NCBI GenBank assembly: GCA_964487775.1 | Contig: CAZASH010000003.1 | Coordinates: 1,377 to 65,376, forward strand | Reading direction: 5' to 3' | Source of the DNA: an uncultured Ruminococcus sp. | GTDB lineage: Bacteria > Bacillota > Clostridia > Oscillospirales > CAG-382 | DNA: 64,000 bases | In this document: one piece after another, positions 27,305-34,525 of the stretch | How the letters are laid out: each line of letters begins with the position of its first letter | How positions within the stretch are numbered: the stretch's first letter is position 1 | Translations under genes and position numbers: made by a program | Notes under the pieces: model-generated | Seen by the model: the letters and a program-made list of their open reading frames with translations, nothing else | Databases searched by the model: none | What the model was told of the DNA's origin: nothing

Positions 27305-28378
27305 ATGAAAAGAGTCTATAATTTTTCGGCAGGACCTTCCATGCTGCCCATCGAGGTGCTCGAGACCGCACAGCGCGAGCTGACAGACCATCATTCAAGC
27401 GGAATGTCGGTCATGGAGATGAGCCACAGATCGCCGATGTATCAGCAGATCTTCGATGAGGCGGTGCAGGATCTGCGCACGCTGATGCAGATACCCGACA
27501 ACTATGAAGTGCTGTTTTTGCAGGGCGGTGCGACGATGCAGTTTTCTGCCGTTCCTCTCAACCTGATGCGAAACGGCAAGGCAGACTATATCGTCAGCGG
27601 ACAGTTTTCCGGCAAAGCGGCAAAAGAAGCGCAGAAATTCGGCACAGTCAATATTCTCGCTGACTCAAAGGATCGCAATTATGCTTATGTTCCCGAGGTG
27701 ACGGAGTTTGACGCAGATGCCGACTATGTGCATATATGTCTCAACAACACGATATTTGGCACGCAGTATGATAAGATACCCGATACGGGTGATATTCCGC
27801 TCGTCGCCGACGTATCCTCGTGCATTCTTTCAAAGCCGATCGACGTCACAAAATTCGGTGTGCTTTATGCAGGTGCGCAAAAGAACGTCGGTCCTGCAGG
27901 ACTTACGATCGTCATAGTGCGCAAGGATCTTTTGGGTCACGCAAGACCTAAGACTCCTGTTTTGCTCGACTGGCAGATACAGGCAGAGAACGGCTCGATG
28001 TACAACACTCCGCCATGCTATTCGATCTATGTCGCAGGACTCGTCTTCAAGTGGCTGATCTCGACAGGCGGACTTGTCGAGCGCCAAAGGATCAACGAGC
28101 GCAAGGCACATATGCTGTATGATTATCTCGATTCGTCGGCACTCTTCAAGCCGACGGCAGACAAACAGTTCCGCTCGATAATGAATGTCTGCTTTGTCAC
28201 AGGCGACAAGGAGCTTGATAAAAAATTCTGTGACGAAGCGGCACAGAACGGACTGGTCAACATCAAGGGTCACCGCTCTGTCGGCGGTATGCGTGCCTCG
28301 ATATACAACGCAATGCCTGTCGAGGGAATAGAAGCGCTGATAGATTTCATGCGCAGATTTGAGAGCGAGAACATATGA
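27305..28378 (+). CDS. serC: Phosphoserine aminotransferase
   Basis: YNFSAGPSMLP, SVMEMSHRS, LQGGAT, AGAQKNVGPAG, SMYNTPP, KGHRSVGGMRASIYNA. Confidence 0.97.
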   Translation: MKRVYNFSAGPSMLPIEVLETAQRELTDHHSSGMSVMEMSHRSPMYQQIFDEAVQDLRTLMQIPDNYEVLFLQGGATMQFSAVPLNLMRNGKADYIVSGQFSGKAAKEAQKFGTVNILADSKDRNYAYVPEVTEFDADADYVHICLNNTIFGTQYDKIPDTGDIPLVADVSSCILSKPIDVTKFGVLYAGAQKNVGPAGLTIVIVRKDLLGHARPKTPVLLDWQIQAENGSMYNTPPCYSIYVAGLVFKWLISTGGLVERQRINERKAHMLYDYLDSSALFKPTADKQFRSIMNVCFVTGDKELDKKFCDEAAQNGLVNIKGHRSVGGMRASIYNAMPVEGIEALIDFMRRFESENI

Positions 28379-29550
28379 AGAATACAAACAACAAAATTGC
28401 ACTTTTAAACAAAATAGACACGCTCGGCACAGATGTGCTGGTTTCACACGGGTTTGACATTTCTGCCGAAGCAGCAGATGCCGCAGGCATAATGGTTCGC
28501 AGTGCCGATATGCATTCTATGCAGCTCGGCAAAGGCCTGCTTGCGATAGCACGTGCGGGAGCAGGCGTCAACAACATTCCCATCGACCGCTGCTCTGACG
28601 AGGGCATAGTCGTTTTTAACACCCCGGGCGCAAACGCCAACGGTGTCAAAGAGCTGACGATAGCCGCTCTGCTGCTTTCAAGCAGGCGAATAGTCGACGG
28701 CATAAACTGGGCAGCGACCTTAGCAGAGCAGCCCGATGCGGCAAAGCAGGTCGAAAAAGGCAAGTCGCAGTTCGTCGGCCCTGAGCTTTACGGCAAAACG
28801 CTCGGCGTTATCGGACTCGGCGCAATAGGCGGCATGGTCGCCAACACCGCCACAAAACTGGGCATGAACGTCATCGGCTGCGACCCTTATATGACAGTCA
28901 AGGCGGCGTGGAGCATTTCGCGCTCTGTTGTCAAGGCAGACACCTATGACGATATTTATGCCGCTTCGGACTATATAACCCTGCATGTTCCGTCCACCGA
29001 TTCAACGCGCGGTATGATAAACAGCGAAACCATCGCAAAAATGAAGGACGGCGTCAGGCTCATCAACATGGCTCGTGCCGATCTTGTCGTGGCGGCTGAT
29101 CTCAAGCAGGCACTCGAAAACGGCAAGATAGCCTCATATGTCACTGATTTTCCGACTGCCGAGCTGCTCGGTGTCAAGGGCGTTATCGCAATACCGCATC
29201 TCGGCGCATCGACCCCCGAATCAGAAGAAAACTGCGCATTTATGGCGGCTAACGAGCTTGTCGATTATCTCGAAAAAGGCATCATCGTCAACAGCGTCAA
29301 CTATCCGTCGATAACAGAGCCGCCGACGGCAAAGCACAGGATGACTGTTCTGCACGCCAATATTCCGAGTATGCTCGCTCAGATATCGCAATTGTTCTCA
29401 TCCTGCGGCATAAACATCGAGACGCTTATTTCGCAGGCGAAGGGCACAAACGCAGTCAGCGTGTTTGATACCGCCGAAACGCCAACCGACGACATTATCG
29501 CCGCAGTCAGCAGGATAGACGGTGTCAGAAGGATTCTTATAATCGATTGA
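28375..29550 (+). CDS. serA: D-3-phosphoglycerate dehydrogenase with C-terminal ACT domain
   Basis: ARAGAGVNNI, NTPGANANGV, GVIGLGAIG, TLHVP, PHLGAST; overlaps serC. Confidence 0.93.
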   Translation: MKNTNNKIALLNKIDTLGTDVLVSHGFDISAEAADAAGIMVRSADMHSMQLGKGLLAIARAGAGVNNIPIDRCSDEGIVVFNTPGANANGVKELTIAALLLSSRRIVDGINWAATLAEQPDAAKQVEKGKSQFVGPELYGKTLGVIGLGAIGGMVANTATKLGMNVIGCDPYMTVKAAWSISRSVVKADTYDDIYAASDYITLHVPSTDSTRGMINSETIAKMKDGVRLINMARADLVVAADLKQALENGKIASYVTDFPTAELLGVKGVIAIPHLGASTPESEENCAFMAANELVDYLEKGIIVNSVNYPSITEPPTAKHRMTVLHANIPSMLAQISQLFSSCGINIETLISQAKGTNAVSVFDTAETPTDDIIAAVSRIDGVRRILIID

Positions 29551-29561
29551 TCTTTGCATAC

Positions 29562-29598
29562 AAAAATTCCCCTTTGACGACCAAAGGGGAATTTTTTT
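29562..29598. terminator. Bidirectional terminator
   Basis: AAAAATTCCCCTTTG-acgac-CAAAGGGGAATTTTT. Confidence 0.88.
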
Positions 29599-29603
29599 AA
29601 ATA

Positions 29604-30539
29604 TTACTTTCTCTGAGAAGCGGCATAGAACTCTTCAAAGGCATAGCCGTCAAAGCCGCTGTCGCTCTCGCTGAGCTCGCTTATAAGCATCTCGAGACCG
29701 CCGTTTTCACGGCTCTTTTTGCCTGCAAGCATTATGCGCACAGAATCGCACATTTCGTCGGGAGTTGCAAGCCTTGCGCCTTCCTTGTCGCCGCAGAGCC
29801 ACTTGACAACACGCTTAAGCATAGCCTCGTACACCTTGTTGGTATCGATCTTATATGCATAGCTCGTCTTGGTGGTCAGAACGAGCGCCGTAGAGGGCTG
29901 CCAGCCCTTCATGCAGACGTGATAGCAGGCGGTAGCGCCGTTGTCAAACCTGACATAAAAGCTTTCGGCAGGTGTTCCGCTGACTTCGGCAGCGCCCAAA
30001 AATCTGACGGCAACAGGTCTTGCCTTGATAAAGCCCATGATAGATTCTATCGAGTGAATAGCATAGTTGAATTCGTCAACGCCGACCATGGTCGAAACAT
30101 GCACGATATCTCCTCTGTCTGCCTCTGGAACAGCAAAGAACGAGTCGTGCTCATAGGTGTATCTGAGCGCCGAAGTGCCGAGGATGACCGCACCCTTGTC
30201 GACGAGCGAAAGCAGCTTGTTTATATCCTTGACCGAGCCGACGATAGGCTTGTCGATAAACACAGGCACGCCTGCATCTATAAACGGCTGTGCAAGCTCG
30301 AGATGCCTATCCCAGTTGCAGCTTTGAATAAAAGCGATGTCGACGTTTTTTGCCATCTCTGAAAGGTCGTAATATCTCTTTTCGAGCCCCCACTTGGTTA
30401 TAAACGCGTCGACCTCGTCGTCGGTGCGAAAGCCGTCGTTGTATATGGCGGTGTATCTTGCGTCGTTGCCGCCGAGCAATATCTCGGCAAAAGCGGGCGC
30501 ATGCGAAGTGTCTATGTTGACTGTGCCTATCCTGAACAT
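29604..30539 (-). CDS. Gfo/Idh/MocA family oxidoreductase (DTSH subtype)
   Basis: RIGTVNIDTSHA, HLELAQPF..VFIDKP, TSALRY, YAIHSIE; GGAGG RBS before 30539. Confidence 0.8.
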   Translation of the reverse strand: MFRIGTVNIDTSHAPAFAEILLGGNDARYTAIYNDGFRTDDEVDAFITKWGLEKRYYDLSEMAKNVDIAFIQSCNWDRHLELAQPFIDAGVPVFIDKPIVGSVKDINKLLSLVDKGAVILGTSALRYTYEHDSFFAVPEADRGDIVHVSTMVGVDEFNYAIHSIESIMGFIKARPVAVRFLGAAEVSGTPAESFYVRFDNGATACYHVCMKGWQPSTALVLTTKTSYAYKIDTNKVYEAMLKRVVKWLCGDKEGARLATPDEMCDSVRIMLAGKKSRENGGLEMLISELSESDSGFDGYAFEEFYAASQRK

Positions 30540-30590
30540 GATAAGACCTCCTGAAATGTTATTTTCTGACCATTTGTCGATCACTGCTTA

Positions 30591-30619
30591 ATTTTACCAC
30601 CGCGTCCCCCTGTTGTCAA
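30591..30619 (-). promoter_or_regulatory. sigmaA promoter of the second oxidoreductase
   Basis: Minus strand: TTGACA, 17 bp, TG-n-TAAAAT. Confidence 0.75.
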
Positions 30620-30631
30620 GTATATTAAAAG

Positions 30632-30646
30632 CGCATTTAAAATGCG
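30632..30646. promoter_or_regulatory. Perfect palindrome CGCATTT-A-AAATGCG, candidate operator
   Basis: 7 bp inverted repeat 12 bp upstream of the oxidoreductase -35 box. Confidence 0.5.
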
Positions 30647-30692
30647 AGCACCGACACAGCGGAATTGTTAAAAACAAGTTATTTTTGTGTCA

Positions 30693-30702
30693 CCCCCCCC
30701 CC
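30693..30702. repeat. C10 homopolymer in a divergent promoter region
   Basis: ca-CCCCCCCCCC-gaaa within an AT-rich intergenic region. Confidence 0.9.
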
Positions 30703-30754
30703 GAAATTTGGTAATGTTGCACAAAATAAAATTAATAATATGTAAAATATGCCA

Positions 30755-30783
30755 ATTGCATTTTATATGCAATAGTGTATAAT
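30755..30783 (+). promoter_or_regulatory. sigmaA promoter with overlapping palindrome ATTGCAT-N5-ATGCAAT
   Basis: TTGCAT (30756), 16 bp, TATAAT (30778); 7 bp inverted repeat 30755-30773 covers the -35 box. Confidence 0.6.
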
Positions 30784-30817
30784 ATAGTTAGAATCGGATC
30801 ATCGGAGGATAAAAAAC

Positions 30818-30898
30818 ATGCTCTGTATCTTCACACCGCTCATCTTACTGAAAACCGCCCTAAGTGCAATTCCGCATTTAGGGCGCAGGTTGACATAA
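30818..30898 (+). CDS. Putative 26-aa small ORF, MLCIFTPLILLKTALSAIPHLGRRLT
   Basis: GGAGG RBS (30804-30808) 9 nt before ATG; lies between the promoter and the lipoprotein gene. Confidence 0.45.
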   Translation: MLCIFTPLILLKTALSAIPHLGRRLT

Positions 30899-30925
30899 TT
30901 TAAGACAATCGAAAGGAACACAATT

Positions 30926-32080
30926 ATGAAAAAGATCAAATTGTTATCGCTGATGCTGGCGAGTATAATGCTTTTGCTTTGCGCATGCGCGCCGAGCATA
31001 TCGCAGCCGTCGGATGACACATTGCCCGATGCGCCGAGCGAAATATCTGATGAGCCTTCGGCAGAGTCGCCCGTCGAGTCGCCGAGCGAGCCATCGGATC
31101 AAAGTGATGATACGCAGCCCACGCTGGACGATTTTTGGGCTGACGAGGCATCAATAGAAAATAAAAAAGCTGCGTTAAACCAATATCTGGCGGCAGTAAA
31201 TACCACGAATTTCAAATCATCAAGAAAGCTTGCCATATTAAGCAATCCCGCTAAAGGCGGATTTGACGAAGCGTTAAAGCTTTTCGAATACTTCAGCGAC
31301 AAAACTCACGATTATAACTGGTATGAGTTAGATCCCCTACTGCCTGAATGCGGCGACTTAACCCCAGAGGAATCATACACAAGATACGGCGATATCATTT
31401 GTGTTGATACCGACTATTTTGTTCCCGATGGAGTTGACGATCACGCGGCAATCGAGCTGCTTATGTGCAACGAGCGCCAACTGGCTTTCCATTGGGCGTT
31501 GCCTTATCTCGCACCACGTTTTTCTGAGCTTTGCGACAGCGAGGTCAACCAAGCGCCGACAGAAGAGCAGATCAAAGCCGCAGCGACTATGTTTTTTAAA
31601 ACATATTTCCCCGAGTTCTATGACGATGATCATTCTGTCAGAATAGATATCAAGCAAAGCCAAGCGGACGTTTATTTTAGCAAAAGCATCTTTAAGCTCG
31701 ACCCCGATGCCGCAGAAGAACGCACAAAGCTCGTAGCTTCTGTACGCTTCTCGTGGGATGAAACCGATTTGCTTTATGCAAACCACGGGCACGACAAGTC
31801 GGAGAAAGCAATGATATGCGATTTTATTCTCTATAATCCGTATGTTCAAGAACAGCACTGCGAGGGCTATAAAGAGGTCATTAGCGAAAAAGATGCGTTC
31901 GACAGCTATATAGCCGCACAAGGCGCTGACGCTCACGCTTTAAAGGGCAACGGATACAAGAGCTATATTGCATACAAGGTCACCCCGGAAAACAAAATTG
32001 AGCCCTATTGGTTCTTTGTTTATCTTGATGAAGAAAGTGACGAGTTTGGCACGTTTGAAGTTCAGGCACTAAAGAAATAA
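30926..32080 (+). CDS. Hypothetical lipoprotein with acidic Ser/Pro linker
   Basis: MKKIK, hydrophobic stretch, LCA-C lipobox; SDEPS-rich linker; C-terminal ISEKDAF..IAY..IEPYWFF resembles YcdB/YycH/PepSY-like tails (from recall). Confidence 0.8.
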   Translation: MKKIKLLSLMLASIMLLLCACAPSISQPSDDTLPDAPSEISDEPSAESPVESPSEPSDQSDDTQPTLDDFWADEASIENKKAALNQYLAAVNTTNFKSSRKLAILSNPAKGGFDEALKLFEYFSDKTHDYNWYELDPLLPECGDLTPEESYTRYGDIICVDTDYFVPDGVDDHAAIELLMCNERQLAFHWALPYLAPRFSELCDSEVNQAPTEEQIKAAATMFFKTYFPEFYDDDHSVRIDIKQSQADVYFSKSIFKLDPDAAEERTKLVASVRFSWDETDLLYANHGHDKSEKAMICDFILYNPYVQEQHCEGYKEVISEKDAFDSYIAAQGADAHALKGNGYKSYIAYKVTPENKIEPYWFFVYLDEESDEFGTFEVQALKK

Positions 32081-32087
32081 CGCAATA

Positions 32088-32125
32088 CAACGCAGGAGTG
32101 CATCGCTCCCGCGTTGCTTTTTTTA
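32088..32125. terminator. Terminator between the convergent lipoprotein and spoIIE genes
   Basis: CAACGCAGGAG-tgcatcg-CTCCCGCGTTG followed by CTTTTTTT. Confidence 0.75.
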
Positions 32126-34018
32126 ATAGAACCGCATGACGCAGACTGTCATATCGTCGCCGCAGGTCTTGACAGAAGAAAGATATTCGACGACCTCGCT
32201 CAGCATTTTTTCTGCCGTCAATACGCCTGCCGCCTCGATGACTGCAGGCAGTGCATCTTCGCCGCCTGTCGGATAAACGCCGTCGGAAACCATGACCAGA
32301 ACATCGTTTTTTTGCAAATTGACATTAGTCACTGCGCTCTGAACTCTCGGCAGTATGCCAAGCGGCGGAGTCGAAGCCGAGATCACTCTGCAAGTGCCGC
32401 CTCGCGAGAGATAGCAGGGAGCTGCACCGGATTTGGTGACAGATGCCATTGCGGTCATCCTGTCGCATATCAGCATATCGAGTGTGCTGAACACCTCGTC
32501 GCTGCGCTCTGCAAGAGCACGATTTATAGCAGATATAAGCGACTGTATGTCTGCGCCTGCCGAAAGCAGCTTCTCTGACATTTTTGCGGCAATATGCGAG
32601 CTTGCGGCGGCGCTGTCACCACTGCCCATTCCATCGGCGAGCACACAGCAAAAGCGCTTGTCCGGCGTTTCAAAGCATAATAGCGTATCGCCGCAGACCT
32701 TTTCTCCCCCACGTGAGAGCTGATATTTTGCATATTCTATGCGCAACTGCGGAACACTTGTCAGCCGCATAACAGCGCATCTGCCATTCATGATAAATTC
32801 GGGCTCAGAAAGCCGTACAGAGAGCACCGAGCCGAGCGACTGCGATATGTCGTCGGCAGAGTCCGGCACGCTTGACGGCAGAACGCCGTCGACCTCGATC
32901 GTCATTTCACGCTTGCCTACAATGCTTACAGGGCCGTGAACGACCTGCATTTCGTCGAGTACCGCAGAAACAGCTTTCTCAAGCTCTGCCGAGCGGACCT
33001 GCGACAGGTCGCATTCTGTGGCGGCGGATGAAAGCAAGCCTGCAATTCCGCCATATTCGGCGGCTATACTGCCGAGCGCAGGGTCACCCGACGTGTAAAA
33101 CACCCCCGACAGCGCCGAAAACGCTGCCGCAAACCGTCCGAGTGACAGACCGCCGGGCATTTTAATATATTCCTCCTGCCTGTGCTTTGCGATATATCTG
33201 CGCAGTATCAAAAACGCTGTCATAGGCATGAGCAGCATTATCGCCGCAGCGGTCAGGTGTTCGTCGCCGCCGAGGTATGCATACGACGGCAGTGCGAGCA
33301 TAAACGACAGCGCCGCTGCAAGAAACGGCGAATCGTCATCAAACATCGCATAGGTCAGCCCGATTATTCCGAGTGCGCCGAGCGATGCCGCTCCGCAGGC
33401 GATTCCGCACGCAAAGCCGTATGCAAGCCCATAAAGTCCGCCTTTTTTGTGCGCATAAAGCAGTGTCACAAACACTCCGACAGGCAAAGACAGAGGAATA
33501 TCAAAAAGCAGTATATCGACAAAAAAGCGTGATGCGACGAACATCGCCACGGCTGGCAAAAGGTTTTTGACAGAGCGTTTTTGCCTTTTCAAATTGCGCA
33601 GCTTGATAAAAACAAGACAAAAAGCCACCGCAGAAATGATGTTGCACAGGGCAAACAGCAATATTCCCTTTGTGTCACGGTCGCCTCCAAAGGCTTCGAA
33701 CGAGCTTAGCACGCCGACAGCGGCGGCAGTCAGCAGTCTTGTGGCAGTGGTCATGTTGCCTATCTTTTTGATATAGACAAAATGCATAACGCAGCACGCC
33801 GTGCAGGCTATTATGCCCACCAAAGCGCTTCTTTCGCCAAAAAAGCAGCCTATTACAGCACCTGCAAGCGCAAACGGCGACGGTGCGGCGAGCGACATCA
33901 GATAGGCGATGCCAAAAGGATAAGCGCCCCAAAGCATAGGTGCGCCTGCCGTGATCATGCCGCACAATAATTCTGTTATGATCGTTTTTATAAGTGTAGT
34001 TGGCTTTTTGAGTTTCAT
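32123..34018 (-). CDS. spoIIE: Stage II sporulation protein E (membrane PP2C phosphatase)
   Basis: About 10 N-terminal TM helices; PP2C motifs CGD, LADGMGSG, STLD, KSGAAP, PPLGI, VSDGV, DDMTV; Spo0A-type promoter upstream; 631 aa. Confidence 0.82.
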   Translation of the reverse strand: MKLKKPTTLIKTIITELLCGMITAGAPMLWGAYPFGIAYLMSLAAPSPFALAGAVIGCFFGERSALVGIIACTACCVMHFVYIKKIGNMTTATRLLTAAAVGVLSSFEAFGGDRDTKGILLFALCNIISAVAFCLVFIKLRNLKRQKRSVKNLLPAVAMFVASRFFVDILLFDIPLSLPVGVFVTLLYAHKKGGLYGLAYGFACGIACGAASLGALGIIGLTYAMFDDDSPFLAAALSFMLALPSYAYLGGDEHLTAAAIMLLMPMTAFLILRRYIAKHRQEEYIKMPGGLSLGRFAAAFSALSGVFYTSGDPALGSIAAEYGGIAGLLSSAATECDLSQVRSAELEKAVSAVLDEMQVVHGPVSIVGKREMTIEVDGVLPSSVPDSADDISQSLGSVLSVRLSEPEFIMNGRCAVMRLTSVPQLRIEYAKYQLSRGGEKVCGDTLLCFETPDKRFCCVLADGMGSGDSAAASSHIAAKMSEKLLSAGADIQSLISAINRALAERSDEVFSTLDMLICDRMTAMASVTKSGAAPCYLSRGGTCRVISASTPPLGILPRVQSAVTNVNLQKNDVLVMVSDGVYPTGGEDALPAVIEAAGVLTAEKMLSEVVEYLSSVKTCGDDMTVCVMRFY

Positions 34019-34061
34019 ATCCGCCCATCCTTTGTGATGCATATTTTGACTGGCAATGCAA

Positions 34062-34095
34062 AGTATAGCGCATGGCAAGGGCAAATACTGTCGAA
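34062..34095 (-). promoter_or_regulatory. Spo0A-activated sigmaA promoter of spoIIE
   Basis: Perfect 0A box TGTCGAA on + (34089-34095), 21 bp from a -10 TATACT on - (34062-34067). Confidence 0.75.
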
Positions 34096-34129
34096 AGCAT
34101 GATGCGATGCAGACTTTTTTGAGCAACAA

Positions 34130-34155
34130 CAAAGGACGGATCGCTCCGTCCTTTG
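34130..34155 (-). terminator. Hairpin ending the long minus-strand gene run
   Basis: CAAAGGACGGA-4 nt-TCCGTCCTTTG perfect 11 bp stem; short TTGTT tail on -. Confidence 0.65.
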
Positions 34156-34168
34156 AAACTATTTGAGA

Positions 34169-34525
34169 TCATCTGCACCAAAGGCTGACTATGATCAGCG
34201 GAATGCCCTCGAGGTCGGCAGAATATTCGGTGCGCATAAATATATTGCGGCCTGCTCTGACCGCGCGCAAAAGCACAGGCGATGTCGGCAGATAGCCGAT
34301 AGAAACGCCGCGATCACTCACTGCAAGCAGTCTATGATCGTCAGGCACGGGATAAAGCATTTCGCCGACACGTGCGGCACTGAGTATAACGCCTGCTTCG
34401 CCGCAGACAGACGTTCCGCTAAGCTCAAAAATGTCGATGAGATAGTCAAACTTGTGCTCCTTTTGCAAAAGCTTAAATACCTCGCCTCTGAAATCGCGCA
34501 GCATTTCGGGTGTAAGATCAATCAA
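34169..34525 (-). CDS. Small HIRAN-like protein
   Basis: GGAGG RBS with TTG start overlapping the addA stop; IFELSGT..VGEML..GVSIGYLP..AGRNI matches the HIRAN pattern in degenerate form. Confidence 0.55.
   Translation of the reverse strand: MIDLTPEMLRDFRGEVFKLLQKEHKFDYLIDIFELSGTSVCGEAGVILSAARVGEMLYPVPDDHRLLAVSDRGVSIGYLPTSPVLLRAVRAGRNIFMRTEYSADLEGIPLIIVSLWCR

Noticed and set aside
30721-30748. dif-like site (ATATGTAAAAT resembles a XerD arm)
   Set aside because: The other arm does not match, and AT-rich promoter DNA gives such partial matches easily.
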